This document shows positions 1 through 13,200 of a stretch of DNA of 64,000 bases, piece after piece. The notes beneath the pieces were generated by a model. The model was not told the DNA's origin. It did no database searches and saw nothing but the letters and a program-made list of their open reading frames with translations. The stretch lies in NCBI GenBank assembly GCA_964247055.1, contig OZ176056.1:2046001-2110000 (forward strand), given 5' to 3'. Position 1 is the stretch's first letter, and each line of letters starts with the position of its first letter. Source of the DNA: Paragordius varius (Eukaryota; Animalia; Nematomorpha). A program made the translations under genes and the position numbers.

Positions 1-3000
1 TTGGCTAACTTGAGTTTACTGTAAAGGACTAAACAGATTAAAGTATTATTGTGTACATCCACTCATCACCGAAGCCCCAATTCAGTAACAAGATAGACGG
101 TGTTTTGGTTGTTAACGAATTGAGAATTGATTGAAAACAGATTTTGCCGGACGGTTTATTGTAAAGAATTGGCTAACTTGAGTTTACTGTAAAGGACTAA
201 ACAGATTAAAGTATTATTGTGTACATCCACTCATCACCGAAGCCCCAATTCAGTAACAAGATAGACGGTGTTTTGGTTGTTAACGAGTTGAGAATTGATT
301 GAAAACAGATTTTGCCGGACGGTTTATTGTAAGATTTGGCAATGAGTTTACTCTAAAGGACTAAACAGATTAAAGTATTATTGTGTACATCCACTCATCA
401 CCGAAGCCCCAATTCAGTAACAAGATAGACGGTGTTTTGGTTGTTAACGAATTGATTGATTGAAAACAGATTTTGCCGGACGGTTTATTGTAAAGACTTG
501 GCTAACTTGAGTTTACTGTAAAGGACTAAACAGATTAAAGTATTATTGTGTACATCCACTCATTACCGAAGCCCCAATTCAGTAACAAGATAGACGGTGT
601 TTTGGTTGTTAACGAGTTGAGAATTCATTGAAAACAGATTTTGCCGGACGGTTTATTGTAAGATTTGGCTAACATGAGTTTACTGTAAAGGACTAAACAG
701 ATTAAAGTATTATTGTGTACATCCACTCATCACCGAAGCCGCCATTCAGTAACAAGATAGATGGTGTTTTGGTTGTTAACGAGTTAAGAATTCATTGAAA
801 ACAGATTTTGCCGGACGGTTTATTGTAAGACTTGGCTAACTTGAGTTTACTGTAAAGGACTAAACAGATTAAAGTATTATTGTGTACATCCACTCATCAC
901 CGAAGCCCCAATTCAGTAACAAGATAGACGGTGTTTTGGTTGTTAACGAATTGAGAATTGATTGAAAACAGATTTTGCCGGACGGTTTATTGTAAAGAAT
1001 TGGCTAACTTGAGTTTACTGTAAAGGACTAAACAGATTAAAGTATTATTGTGTACATCCACTCATCACCGAAGCCCCAATTCAGTAACAAGATAGACGGT
1101 GTTTTGGTTGTTAACGAATTGAGAATTGATTGAAAACAGATTTTGCCGGACGGTTTATTGTAAGATTTGTATAATTTGAGTTTACTGAAAGGACTAAACA
1201 GATTAAAGTATTATTGTGTACATCCACTCATCACCGAAGCCCCAATTCAGTAACAAGATAGACGGTATTTTAGTTATTAACCTGAGAATTGATTGAAAAC
1301 AGATTTTGCCGGACGGTTTATTGTAAGATTTGGCTAACTTGAGTTTACTGTAAAGGACTAAACAGATTAAAGTATTATTGTGTACATCCACTCATCACCG
1401 AAGCCGCCATTCAGTAACAAGATAGACGGTGTTTTGGTTGTTAACGAGTTGAGAATTGATAGAAAACAGATTTTGCCGGACGGTTTATTGTAAGATTTGG
1501 CTAACTTGAGTTTACTGTAAAGGACTAAACAGATTAAAGTATTATTGTGTACATCCACTCATCACCGAAGCCCCAATTCAGTAACAAGATAGATGGTGTT
1601 TTAGTTGTTAACAAGTTGAGAATTGATTGAAAACAGATTTTGCCGGACGGTTTATTGTAAGATTTGGCTAACTTGAGTTTACTGTAAAGGACTAAACAGA
1701 TTAAAGTATTATTGTGTACATCCACTCATCACCGAAGCCCCAATTCAGTAACAAGATAGACGGTGTTTTGGTTGTTAACGAGTTGAGAATTGATTGAAAA
1801 CAGATTTTGCCGGACGGTTTATTGTAAAGACTTGGCTAACTTGAGTTTACTGTAAAGGACTAAACAGATTAAAGTATTATTGTGTACATCCACTCATGAC
1901 CGAAGCCCCAATTCAGTAACAAGATAGACGGTGTTTTGGTTGTTAACGAGTTGAGAATTGATAGAAAACAGATTTTGCCGGACGGTTTATTGTAAGATTT
2001 GGCTAACTTGAGTTTACTGTAAAGGACTAAACAGATTAAAGTATTATTGTGTACATCCACTCATCACCGAAGCCCCAATTCAGTAACAAGATAGATGGTG
2101 TTTTAGTTGTTAACAAGTTGAGAATTGATTGAAAACAGATTTTGCCGGACGGTTTATTGTAAGATTTGGCTAACTTGAGTTTACTGTAAAGGACTAAACA
2201 GATTAAAGTATTATTGTGTACATCCACTCATCACCGAAGCCCCAATTCAGTAACAAGATAGACGGTGTTTTGGTTGTTAACGAGTTGAGAATTGATTGAA
2301 AACAGATTTTGCCGGACGGTTTATTGTAAGATTTGGCAATGAGTTTACTCTAAAGGACTAAACAGATTAAAGTATTATTGTGTACATCCACTCATCACCG
2401 AAGCCCCAATTCAGTAACAAGATAGACGGTGTTTTGGTTGTTAACGAATTGATTGATTGAAAACAGATTTTGCCGGACGGTTTATTGTAAAGACTTGGCT
2501 AACTTGAGTTTACTGTAAAGGACTAAACAGATTAAAGTATTATTGTGTACATCCACTCATTACCGAAGCCCCAATTCAGTAACAAGATAGACGGTGTTTT
2601 GGTTGTTAACGAGTTGAGAATTCATTGAAAACAGATTTTGCCGGACGGTTTATTGTAAGATTTGGCTAACATGAGTTTACTGTAAAGGACTAAACAGATT
2701 AAAGTATTATTGTGTACATCCACTCATCACCGAAGCCGCCATTCAGTAACAAGATAGATGGTGTTTTGGTTGTTAACGAGTTAAGAATTCATTGAAAACA
2801 GATTTTGCCGGACGGTTTATTGTAAGACTTGGCTAACTTGAGTTTACTGTAAAGGACTAAACAGATTAAAGTATTATTGTGTACATCCACTCATCACCGA
2901 AGCCCCAATTCAGTAACAAGATAGACGGTGTTTTGGTTGTTAACGAATTGAGAATTGATTGAAAACAGATTTTGCCGGACGGTTTATTGTAAAGAATTGG

Positions 3001-6000
3001 CTAACTTGAGTTTACTGTAAAGGACTAAACAGATTAAAGTATTATTGTGTACATCCACTCATCACCGAAGCCCCAATTCAGTAACAAGATAGACGGTGTT
3101 TTGGTTGTTAACGAGTTGAGAATTGATTGAAAACAGATTTTGCCGGACGGTTTATTGTAAGATTTGGCAATGAGTTTACTCTAAAGGACTAAACAGATTA
3201 AAGTATTATTGTGTACATCCACTCATCACCGAAGCCCCAATTCAGTAACAAGATAGACGGTGTTTTGGTTGTTAACGAATTGATTGATTGAAAACAGATT
3301 TTGCCGGACGGTTTATTGTAAAGACTTGGCTAACTTGAGTTTACTGTAAAGGACTAAACAGATTAAAGTATTATTGTGTACATCCACTCATTACCGAAGC
3401 CCCAATTCAGTAACAAGATAGACGGTGTTTTGGTTGTTAACGAGTTGAGAATTCATTGAAAACAGATTTTGCCGGACGGTTTATTGTAAGATTTGGCTAA
3501 CATGAGTTTACTGTAAAGGACTAAACAGATTAAAGTATTATTGTGTACATCCACTCATCACCGAAGCCGCCATTCAGTAACAAGATAGATGGTGTTTTGG
3601 TTGTTAACGAGTTAAGAATTCATTGAAAACAGATTTTGCCGGACGGTTTATTGTAAGACTTGGCTAACTTGAGTTTACTGTAAAGGACTAAACAGATTAA
3701 AGTATTATTGTGTACATCCACTCATCACCGAAGCCCCAATTCAGTAACAAGATAGATGGTGTTTTAGTTGTTAACAAGTTGAGAATTGATTGAAAACAGA
3801 TTTTGCCGGACGGTTTATTGTAAGATTTGGCTAACTTGAGTTTACTGTAAAGGACTAAACAGATTAAAGTATTATTGTGTACATCCACTCATCACCGAAG
3901 CCCCAATTCAGTAACAAGATAGACGGTGTTTTGGTTGTTAACGAGTTGAGAATTGATTGAAAACAGATTTTGCCGGACGGTTTATTGTAAAGACTTGGCT
4001 AACTTGAGTTTACTGTAAAGGACTAAACAGATTAAAGTATTATTGTGTACATCCACTCATGACCGAAGCCCCAATTCAGTAACAAGATAGACGGTGTTTT
4101 GGTTGTTAACGAGTTGAGAATTGATAGAAAACAGATTTTGCCGGACGGTTTATTGTAAGATTTGGATAACTTGAGTTTACTGTAAAGGACTAAACAGATT
4201 AAAGTATTATTGTGTACATCCACTCATCACCGAAGCCCCAATTCAGTAACAAGATAGATGGTGTTTTAGTTGTTAACAAGTTGAGAATTGATTGAAAACA
4301 GATTTTGCCGGACGGTTTATTGTAAGATTTGGCTAACTTGAGTTTACTGTAAAGGACTAAACAGATTAAAGTATTATTGTGTACATCCACTCATCACCGA
4401 AGCCCCAATTCAGTAACAAGATAGACGGTGTTTTGGTTGTTAACGAGTTGAGAATTGATTGAAAACAGATTTTGCCGGACGGTTTATTGTAAGATTTGGC
4501 AATGAGTTTACTCTAAAGGACTAAACAGATTAAAGTATTATTGTGTACATCCACTCATCACCGAAGCCCCAATTCAGTAACAAGATAGACGGTGTTTTGG
4601 TTGTTAACGAATTGATTGATTGAAAACAGATTTTGCCGGACGGTTTATTGTAAAGACTTGGCTAACTTGAGTTTACTGTAAAGGACTAAACAGATTAAAG
4701 TATTATTGTGTACATCCACTCATTACCGAAGCCCCAATTCAGTAACAAGATAGACGGTGTTTTGGTTGTTAACGAGTTGAGAATTCATTGAAAACAGATT
4801 TTGCCGGACGGTTTATTGTAAGATTTGGCTAACATGAGTTTACTGTAAAGGACTAAACAGATTAAAGTATTATTGTGTACATCCACTCATCACCGAAGCC
4901 GCCATTCAGTAACAAGATAGATGGTGTTTTGGTTGTTAACGAGTTAAGAATTCATTGAAAACAGATTTTGCCGGACGGTTTATTGTAAGACTTGGCTAAC
5001 TTGAGTTTACTGTAAAGGACTAAACAGATTAAAGTATTATTGTGTACATCCACTCATCACCGAAGCCGCCATTCAGTAACAAGATAGACGGTGTTTTGGT
5101 TGTTAACGAGTTGAGAATTGATAGAAAACAGATTTTGCCGGACGGTTTATTGTAAGATTTGGCTAACTTGAGTTTACTGTAAAGGACTAAACAGATTAAA
5201 GTATTATTGTGTACATCCACTCATCACCGAAGCCCCAATTCAGTAACAAGATAGATGGTGTTTTAGTTGTTAACAAGTTGAGAATTGATTGAAAACAGAT
5301 TTTGCCGGACGGTTTATTGTAAGATTTGGCTAACTTGAGTTTACTGTAAAGGACTAAACAGATTAAAGTATTATTGTGTACATCCACTCATCACCGAAGC
5401 CCCAATTCAGTAACAAGATAGACGGTGTTTTGGTTGTTAACGAGTTGAGAATTGATTGAAAACAGATTTTGCCGGACGGTTTATTGTAAAGACTTGGCTA
5501 ACTTGAGTTTACTGTAAAGGACTAAACAGATTAAAGTATTATTGTGTACATCCACTCATTACCGAAGCCCCAATTCAGTAACAAGATAGACGGTGTTTTG
5601 GTTGTTAACGAGTTGAGAATTCATTGAAAACAGATTTTGCCGGACGGTTTATTGTAAGATTTGGCTAACATGAGTTTACTGTAAAGGACTAAACAGATTA
5701 AAGTATTATTGTGTACATCCACTCATCACCGAAGCCGCCATTCAGTAACAAGATAGATGGTGTTTTGGTTGTTAACGAGTTAAGAATTCATTGAAAACAG
5801 ATTTTGCCGGACGGTTTATTGTAAGACTTGGCTAACTTGAGTTTACTGTAAAGGACTAAACAGATTAAAGTATTATTGTGTACATCCACTCATCACCGAA
5901 GCCCCAATTCAGTAACAAGATAGACGGTGTTTTGGTTGTTAACGAATTGAGAATTGATTGAAAACAGATTTTGCCGGACGGTTTATTGTAAAGAATTGGC

Positions 6001-7925
6001 TAACTTGAGTTTACTGTAAAGGACTAAACAGATTAAAGTATTATTGTGTACATCCACTCATGACCGAAGCACCAATTCAGTAACAAGATAGACGGTGATT
6101 TGGTTGTTAACGAGTTGAGAATTGATAGAAAACAGATTTTGCCGGACGGTTTATTGTAAGATTTGGCTAACTTGAGTTTACTGTAAAGGACTAAACAGAT
6201 TAAAGTATTATTGTGTACATCCACTCATCACCGAAGCCCCAATTCAGTAACAAGATAGATGGTGTTTTAGTTGTTAACAAGTTGAGAATTGATTGAAAAC
6301 AGATTTTGCCGGACGGTTTATTGTAAGATTTGGCTAACTTGAGTTTACTGTAAAGGACTAAACAGATTAAAGTATTATTGTGTACATCCACTCATCACCG
6401 AAGCCCCAATTCAGTAACAAGATAGACGGTGTTTTGGTTGTTAACGAGTTGAGAATTGATTGAAAACAGATTTTGCCGGACGGTTTATTGTAAGATTTGG
6501 CAATGAGTTTACTCTAAAGGACTAAACAGATTAAAGTATTATTGTGTACATCCACTCATCACCGAAGCCCCAATTCAGTAACAAGATAGACGGTGTTTTG
6601 GTTGTTAACGAATTGATTGATTGAAAACAGATTTTGCCGGACGGTTTATTGTAAAGACTTGGCTAACTTGAGTTTACTGTAAAGGACTAAACAGATTAAA
6701 GTATTATTGTGTACACCACTCATCACCGAAGCCCCAATTCAGTAACAAGATAGACGGTGTTTTAGTTGTTAACAAGTTGAGAATTGATTGAAAACAGATT
6801 TTGCCGGACGGTTGATTGTAAGATTTGTCTAACTTGAGTTTACTGTAAAGGACTAAACAGATTAAAGTATTATTGTGTACATCCACTCATCACCGAAGCC
6901 CCAATTCAGTAACAAGATAGACAGTGTTTTGGTTGTTAACGAGTTGAGAATTCATTGAAAACAGATTTTGCCGGACGGTTTATTGTAAGATTTGGCTAAC
7001 TTGAGGTTACTGTAAAGGACTAAACAGATTAAAGTATTATTGTGTACATCCACTCATCACCGAAGCCCCAATTCAGTAACAAGATAGACGGTGTTTTGGT
7101 TGTTAACGAGTTGAGAATTGATTGAAAACAGATTTTGCCGGACGGTTTATTGTAAAGACTTGGCTAACTTGAGTTTACTGTAAAGGACTAAACAGATTAA
7201 AGTATTATTGTGTACATCCACTCATGACCGAAGCCCCAATTCAGTAACAAGATAGACGGTGTTTTGGTTGTTAACGAGTTGAGAATTGATTGAAAACAGA
7301 TTTTGCCGGACGGTTTATTGTAAGATTTGGCTAACTTGAGTTTACTGTAAAGGACTAAACAGATTAAAGTATTATTGTGTACATCCACTCATCACCGAAG
7401 CCCCAATTCAGTAACAAGATAGATGGTGTTTTAGTTGTTAACAAGTTGAGAATTCATTGAAAACAGATTTTGCCGGACGGTTTATTGTAAGATTTGGCTA
7501 ACTTGAGTTTACTGTAAAGGACTAAACAGATTAAAGTATTATTGTGTACATCCATTCATCACCGAAGCCCCAATTCAGTAACAAGATAGACGGTGTTTTG
7601 GTTGTTAACGAGTTGAGAATTGATTGAAAACAGATTTTGCCGGACGGTTTACTGTAAGATTTGGCTAACTTGAGTTTACTGTAAAGGACTAAACAGATTA
7701 AAGTATTATTGTGTACATCCACTCATCACCGAAGCCGCCATTCAGTAACAAGATAGATGGTGTTTTGGTTGTTAACGAGTTCAGAATTGATTGAAAACAG
7801 ATTTTTCCGGACGGTTTATTGTAAGATTTGGCTAACTTGAGTTTACTGTAAAGGACTAAATAGGTAACCGTTTTATTGTTTTTTACCACCACTCATCACC
7901 GAACCCACCGATTTTCAAAACAAGG
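1..7925. repeat. Satellite array 1, ~167-bp monomer (165-168), open at the left window edge
   Basis: Monomer ccactcatcaccgaagccccaattcagtaacaag...aaagtattattgtgtacat repeated head-to-tail. ORF-track hits recur every 167 bp (e.g. 1869/2036). Regular monomers end at ~7858, then a degenerate partial monomer runs to ~7925. Confidence 0.98.
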
Positions 7926-8399
7926 GAAGGTTGTAGGGTTTATGTATTCTATTTGTGTGTTATTATTTAAAAAACATTAACTTTAATAAAATGATTGTTG
8001 CTTAAATTATATATGCTCATGTTTTAAGCATTTTGTACAATAACGAGAAAAAGCTATTTCACAAATATTAAAATTACAAACACAACATGGAAAAATTGAA
8101 AAATATTTTTTTAAAAGACTACTATACTTATTCATAAATTATGATTCCCATAATTATAATAATGAGCTCTTACCAATTTACATCTCTAATCCCCATTTCA
8201 CAACCCAAAAAGTTTATTAAAATTTAATAAAAAGATATGGTTGTTTTTAATTTTTACATGTTGTGTCTGTAATTTGAATTACTGTAAGTTAAAAAATAAT
8301 GCGAAAATTTTGAAAATATTAAAGATAATAACTTATAAGAAAATCGACTTTTTATAAGATATCCAGGTCTCATATTTTTACGAACCATTTTAAGTTTTA

Positions 8400-8535
8400 C
8401 AATAAACCGACCTCCACAATCAGCTTGCAATTTATCCGTATAACAAAACCTTAAACATCAATCTTGTTACTGAAAAATGGCGACTTTGTTAATCAGTGGA
8501 TGTAAACATAATAATACGATTATCTGTGTAGACCG
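8400..8535 (-). repeat. Isolated, inverted, degenerate satellite monomer
   Basis: atcttgttactgaaaaatggcgactttgttaatcagtggatgtaaacataataatac matches the reverse complement of the monomer core (atcttgttactgaatggcggcttcggtgatgagtggatgtacacaataatac). Confidence 0.8.
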
Positions 8536-8954
8536 AAAATCAATTTAGATTCCTATCGGTAGGTTAGTGATAATAAAATTCCTAAATTTGATATTGATTA
8601 ATGTTTACAACAACTCTTCCTAATGATACTCAATTTAAACTGGGGTACATAAAATAGATGACGGTGAATTATTGAATCATCGAAGAGAGATCTTTATCAA
8701 CAAAAGCGTAATGTAGAATATTAAGCAAACAAAACCCCAACACATTCGATTAGGTATATATTTATATCTATTAGCCATTCTAACTAAAATTTATTTGTAG
8801 TTTCCAGGATATACTATAGATGGATCATTAAAAAAGAGGTTAATCTGTAAATGAATTAATCAAACATATCACATCGTAGTTTAAACCACCGCCCGATAAC
8901 CCCCCATATTTATTTTAATTATATAATAGTTTTTTTTGAAATTTAGTTTCATGA

Positions 8955-9098
8955 TTAGCAGTGATTCGTTTGAACATAAACACGATGGGAACTTGCTTCT
9001 GTGGATGCGGCATCTTGATCTATAAAGACTGGTCTAACCACAATCTCGTATTCCGTATCGGGCAAAACATATGCGAAGCGATAATTATCAGAAACCGC
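8955..9098 (-). CDS. Orphan terminal exon of unidentified gene Y (copy 1): AVSDNYRFAYVLPDTEYEIVVRPVFIDQDAASTEASSHRVYVQTNHC*
   Basis: Acceptor TTCTTTTTTTAG|GCG, 144 nt ending in TAA, GC-richer than flanks. Same length, acceptor and stop in copy 2 (52593-52736). Confidence 0.6.
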   Translation of the reverse strand, partial: AVSDNYRFAYVLPDTEYEIVVRPVFIDQDAASTEASSHRVYVQTNHC

Positions 9099-9949
9099 CT
9101 AAAAAAAGAAATGCACACATTAGTTATTATATAAATGCATAAAATTTTTGGGTCATACGAATATATATACAGAGAAATACAGTAAAAAATGATGCTTATA
9201 CAGACAGAACATCTCTCAAAATATTTTACAGTAAAAATTGAAATTACAGTAAAAATATAAAGACATATACTTTTTCAAGATAATCATACTATAAACCATT
9301 TACAGAAATTATTTTATTACAATTGGAAAATAACATAATTAATCGTATTACCAAAATAGATTTTTATTTCATACTCTGAAATTACAAAACTATGAATAAT
9401 ATTTAAAAATACGTTTTATAAATTACAGCAGACTTTTAAAAAATATTATCTTTATATTTTCACGTTCGTCCGTATAATTTTATTATTTACTATAAAAAAG
9501 GCAAATTATAATATAATATAAATTCAGACAACTAGTTAAAAAACGTACTCGTCTGCCTTTATATTATGATTCAAATATGACTCCTGTTAACCATATATAC
9601 ATTGTCATAAAGTCTTATATTTCGTCGTTTAAACAACCGAAGATATTTATAGTTTCAGATTTTGTACATTTCGCAAAGATAAATTAGGTAAGAAATAATT
9701 TAAATGTAAATAATGGATATGTTTAAGTTACTGTAGCTCTAGTTAAAGTAATTAAATTCATCATCATATACCTTTAACATTTCGAATCCTCAAACAATTA
9801 AAAATACAAATCAGCCTTGAACAATTCAAATTGACTCTATATATCAATTATGTGTTTCCGGGGTAATATATTAATATTATATTTATTGTTTACCATATTC
9901 ATATTTTTTATCAGTATTATGTTAATTTTAATAAAATTTCAATTTTAGA

Positions 9950-9990
<41 letters not shown>

Positions 9991-10200
9991 CGGTAATTTT
10001 TAACATCAAAAATGTTAATTCATAATGTTTAAATTTGAAGTGTAAATGGATTTAATTCAATATATGTTATATTATAAATAATGTAGGAAAAAATAAAATT
10101 TAAAAAAGTATGGATGTTTTTTTATATAGAAAACATTTGCACTTTTGTAAAATTTATTTTTAAATAAATATTTGAAATAAAAAAATGAAATTAATTATAC

Positions 10201-13200
10201 CTATAACAACTCTAAATTTGGTACCGCCCACTTCCTCCTTAACATAGCTATTAAAGGATTGATTATTGAGATTGAACAATAAACTTCCATCACTTAATCT
10301 AAAATAATTTAAGTAATAAAAATAAATTTATAAAAAGACATTAAATATTTTTATAAACACCATATTTTTAATCCTTGATTATATAACTAAAATTATGGTT
10401 TGTGAAATAAGTAAATTCTCAAATTCCTTAAATTATCTATAAACTATTCAAAAGTGTTATTATATATACGCTTTAAAATATTATTGTTTTACGATAAAAA
10501 ATTCTAAATTTTAAATAAAATTGTAAAGATATTAAAATTTTACCTGTGGGCATCAATTTCGATAAAACTGCCATTCATGAGCAAAAAATAACTGTTTGGT
10601 CCCGTTTTAGTTACCTAGAGGAATATATTAAGGGTGAAATTAAAATATTTTTCCAAAAATAAAATATTACAATTAATATATTTTTAACCAAAAATCACAA
10701 ATAATGAAATTTTTTATTTGAGAAATTAATTTAATACTCATTTAGATTCGCTGAAAATTTCTAACAGCTCACCTAAAAGATAATTTAAACATGCTAAACA
10801 ACTTTTTACACAAACGTGCTTACTTAATTTTATGCATTCGCCTATTAATCGACTTAAAGCGTGTAAATTAATATCTAATACTTATATCTCTTTTAAAATT
10901 AACGGTTCCAATCAAATATTGGTCTAAAGATTAAAAAAACAATTAAAATTGATTCAAAGAAATTTAAAGCTAAAATTATGATTACATGTGTGAAATATTA
11001 TGTATAAACAAATAAAAAATATTCAAGATAAATCTTATAATTTAAGGATATCCTTATATACAGTGTGCATCTTAATGTTCCTTATTTCACACTATATTTG
11101 AGCAATTCGCAAGACAACAGTAGTGTATGGAAAAAACAACAAAATTATAAAAAAAACAATTTCCATACACTACTAACTGTGTCGCAAATTGCCCAACTAT
11201 AGTGTGAAATAAGCTACCATTAAAATGCTAAAATTGGTATTTATTAAAAAAATAATACGTCTAATCAAATATTGCCGTAAAGATCCAAATATTAATGCCC
11301 TTATTTCAAAAGCCACCCGCAAAGCCATTTTCCCCTATTTTAATGAAATACTTTGGAAATATCAAACATTTTTTAAACTTCTATTAAAAAACATTTTTTA
11401 CTCAAAAACTAATTAATCAACTAACCTACACACTATATTTATTACCTTCGCGTATTAAATTAATCGAAAGATTGTGAATCAACGTGTGTTTTAAAATTTA
11501 TGTTTTTTTAAAAAAAATTTGCTAAAAATCATCCTTTTAAACCACTTATATTTTAATTTCCAAAAACCAATTAGCTAACCAACTAACTAATTACAAAAAC
11601 CAACTAACCTGTACATTATATTTATTACCTTCGCGTATTAAATTAATCGAAAGAATGTAAATCAACGTGTGTTTTATAATAATTGTTTTTTTAAAGAAAC
11701 TTAACTTAAAAATATTCCAAAAGCTTAAAACTTTTACATTCTTACTCACCTGCCTATATTTAATGCCTTCGCGTATTAAATCGACCAATAAATAACAATA
11801 GAGATGTGTTTTAAAATTTCTATTTCTTTCAAAAAAAGTTATATATACTTTAAAAAATATTTAAAAATTTGCTAAAAATCGTCCTTTTAAACATTTTATA
11901 TTGAATAATTTCCAAAACCAATCAATCAACTGACCTGTACACTATATTTAATGCCTTCACCTATTAAATCAACCCAAAAAAATATGAATATAAAGATGAG
12001 TTTTAAAATTTCTATTTCTTTCAAAAAAAGTTATATATACCATAAAAATATCTATAAATTTGCTATAAAACTTTTAAACTAATTTCCAAAAGCCAAACTA
12101 ACTAGGTAAATAACTAACCTGCACATTATATTTAATGCCTTCACGTATTAAAGCAAATGAAAATATGAATATAAAGATGAGTTTTAAAATTTCTGTTTCT
12201 TTCAAAAAAAAGTTATATACTAAAAAAATTTCCAAAAATTTGCTAAATATCCTTTTAAACTAATTATATTTTGATTTCCAAAAACAAAACCAATTAACTA
12301 AGTAGTACCACTAACCTGTACACTATATTTAATGCCTTCACGTATTAAATCAACCGAAAGAGCTTCAATTAACATGTGTTTCATAATTTGTGTTTCTTAC
12401 AAAAGTAGCTTGAGGTTAAAAAATATCCAAAAATTAATTAAAAGTTGCAAATATTTTATACCCAAAAACCAACTAAGTAACACTAACCTGTACACTATAT
12501 TTAATGCCTTCACGTATTAAATCAACCGAAAGAGTGTGAATTAACGTGGTAGCAGGTAGGCATTGTCCACGGGCCAATGCATTTCGAAATCGATCTACGC
12601 TCGAACAAATTTTTTGATCAGCTATATGTATACTAGCACATATAACTCCAATCAAGGTATCCGGTTTTTCGGACTAATTATTAAGGTAATCCGTTTGAAA
12701 AAATATAATGGGTAATTTTCTCAATTTCGCTAATTTTCGATAAATTGTTTGTAAAAATGATTTTATTTAAAACCATAAAAATTTAAAAACCCAATTATTA
12801 AAACATGAAAACTTTAAATATGGAAATCAAACATATGAATAGTTATGTGTATAATTTCCAATCAAGGTATCCGGTTTTTCAGACTAATTTTCAATAAATT
12901 CCATAATATATACTGCGTAATTTTCTCAATTTTGCTAATTATCAAGATAATTTTAAAAAAATATAAAAATATTTAAATTAAATTACATAAAAATTTTGAA
13001 TATTCTAATAGTTTTTACTTCTTGAAAAGTAAAAAATAATTAATTTAAAATTTTATCCCAATCAAAATCTGAAAACTTTAAATATTGTAATTAATCATAT
13101 GATTAGTTATGTGTATAACTCCAATCAAAGTATCAAAATTTTCGGACTAATGTTATATTATTGTTTGAAAGTTAAAAAATATATGTAAAATTTTAAATAA

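Noticed and set aside
1-7860. CRISPR array
   Set aside because: Whole monomers are near-identical with no unique spacers; the context is eukaryotic and there are no cas genes.
1203-7892. Repeated 60-64 aa ORFs MDVHNNTLICLV... (also 42006-50382)
   Set aside because: Artefact of the 167-bp monomer. The length is not a multiple of 3, the ORFs overlap and are broken by indel variants in many monomers, and there is no family resemblance.
8790-8850. NDPSIVYPG as the missing ACC exon 15
   Set aside because: Wrong phase (immediate stop after the acceptor) and not conserved in copy 2.
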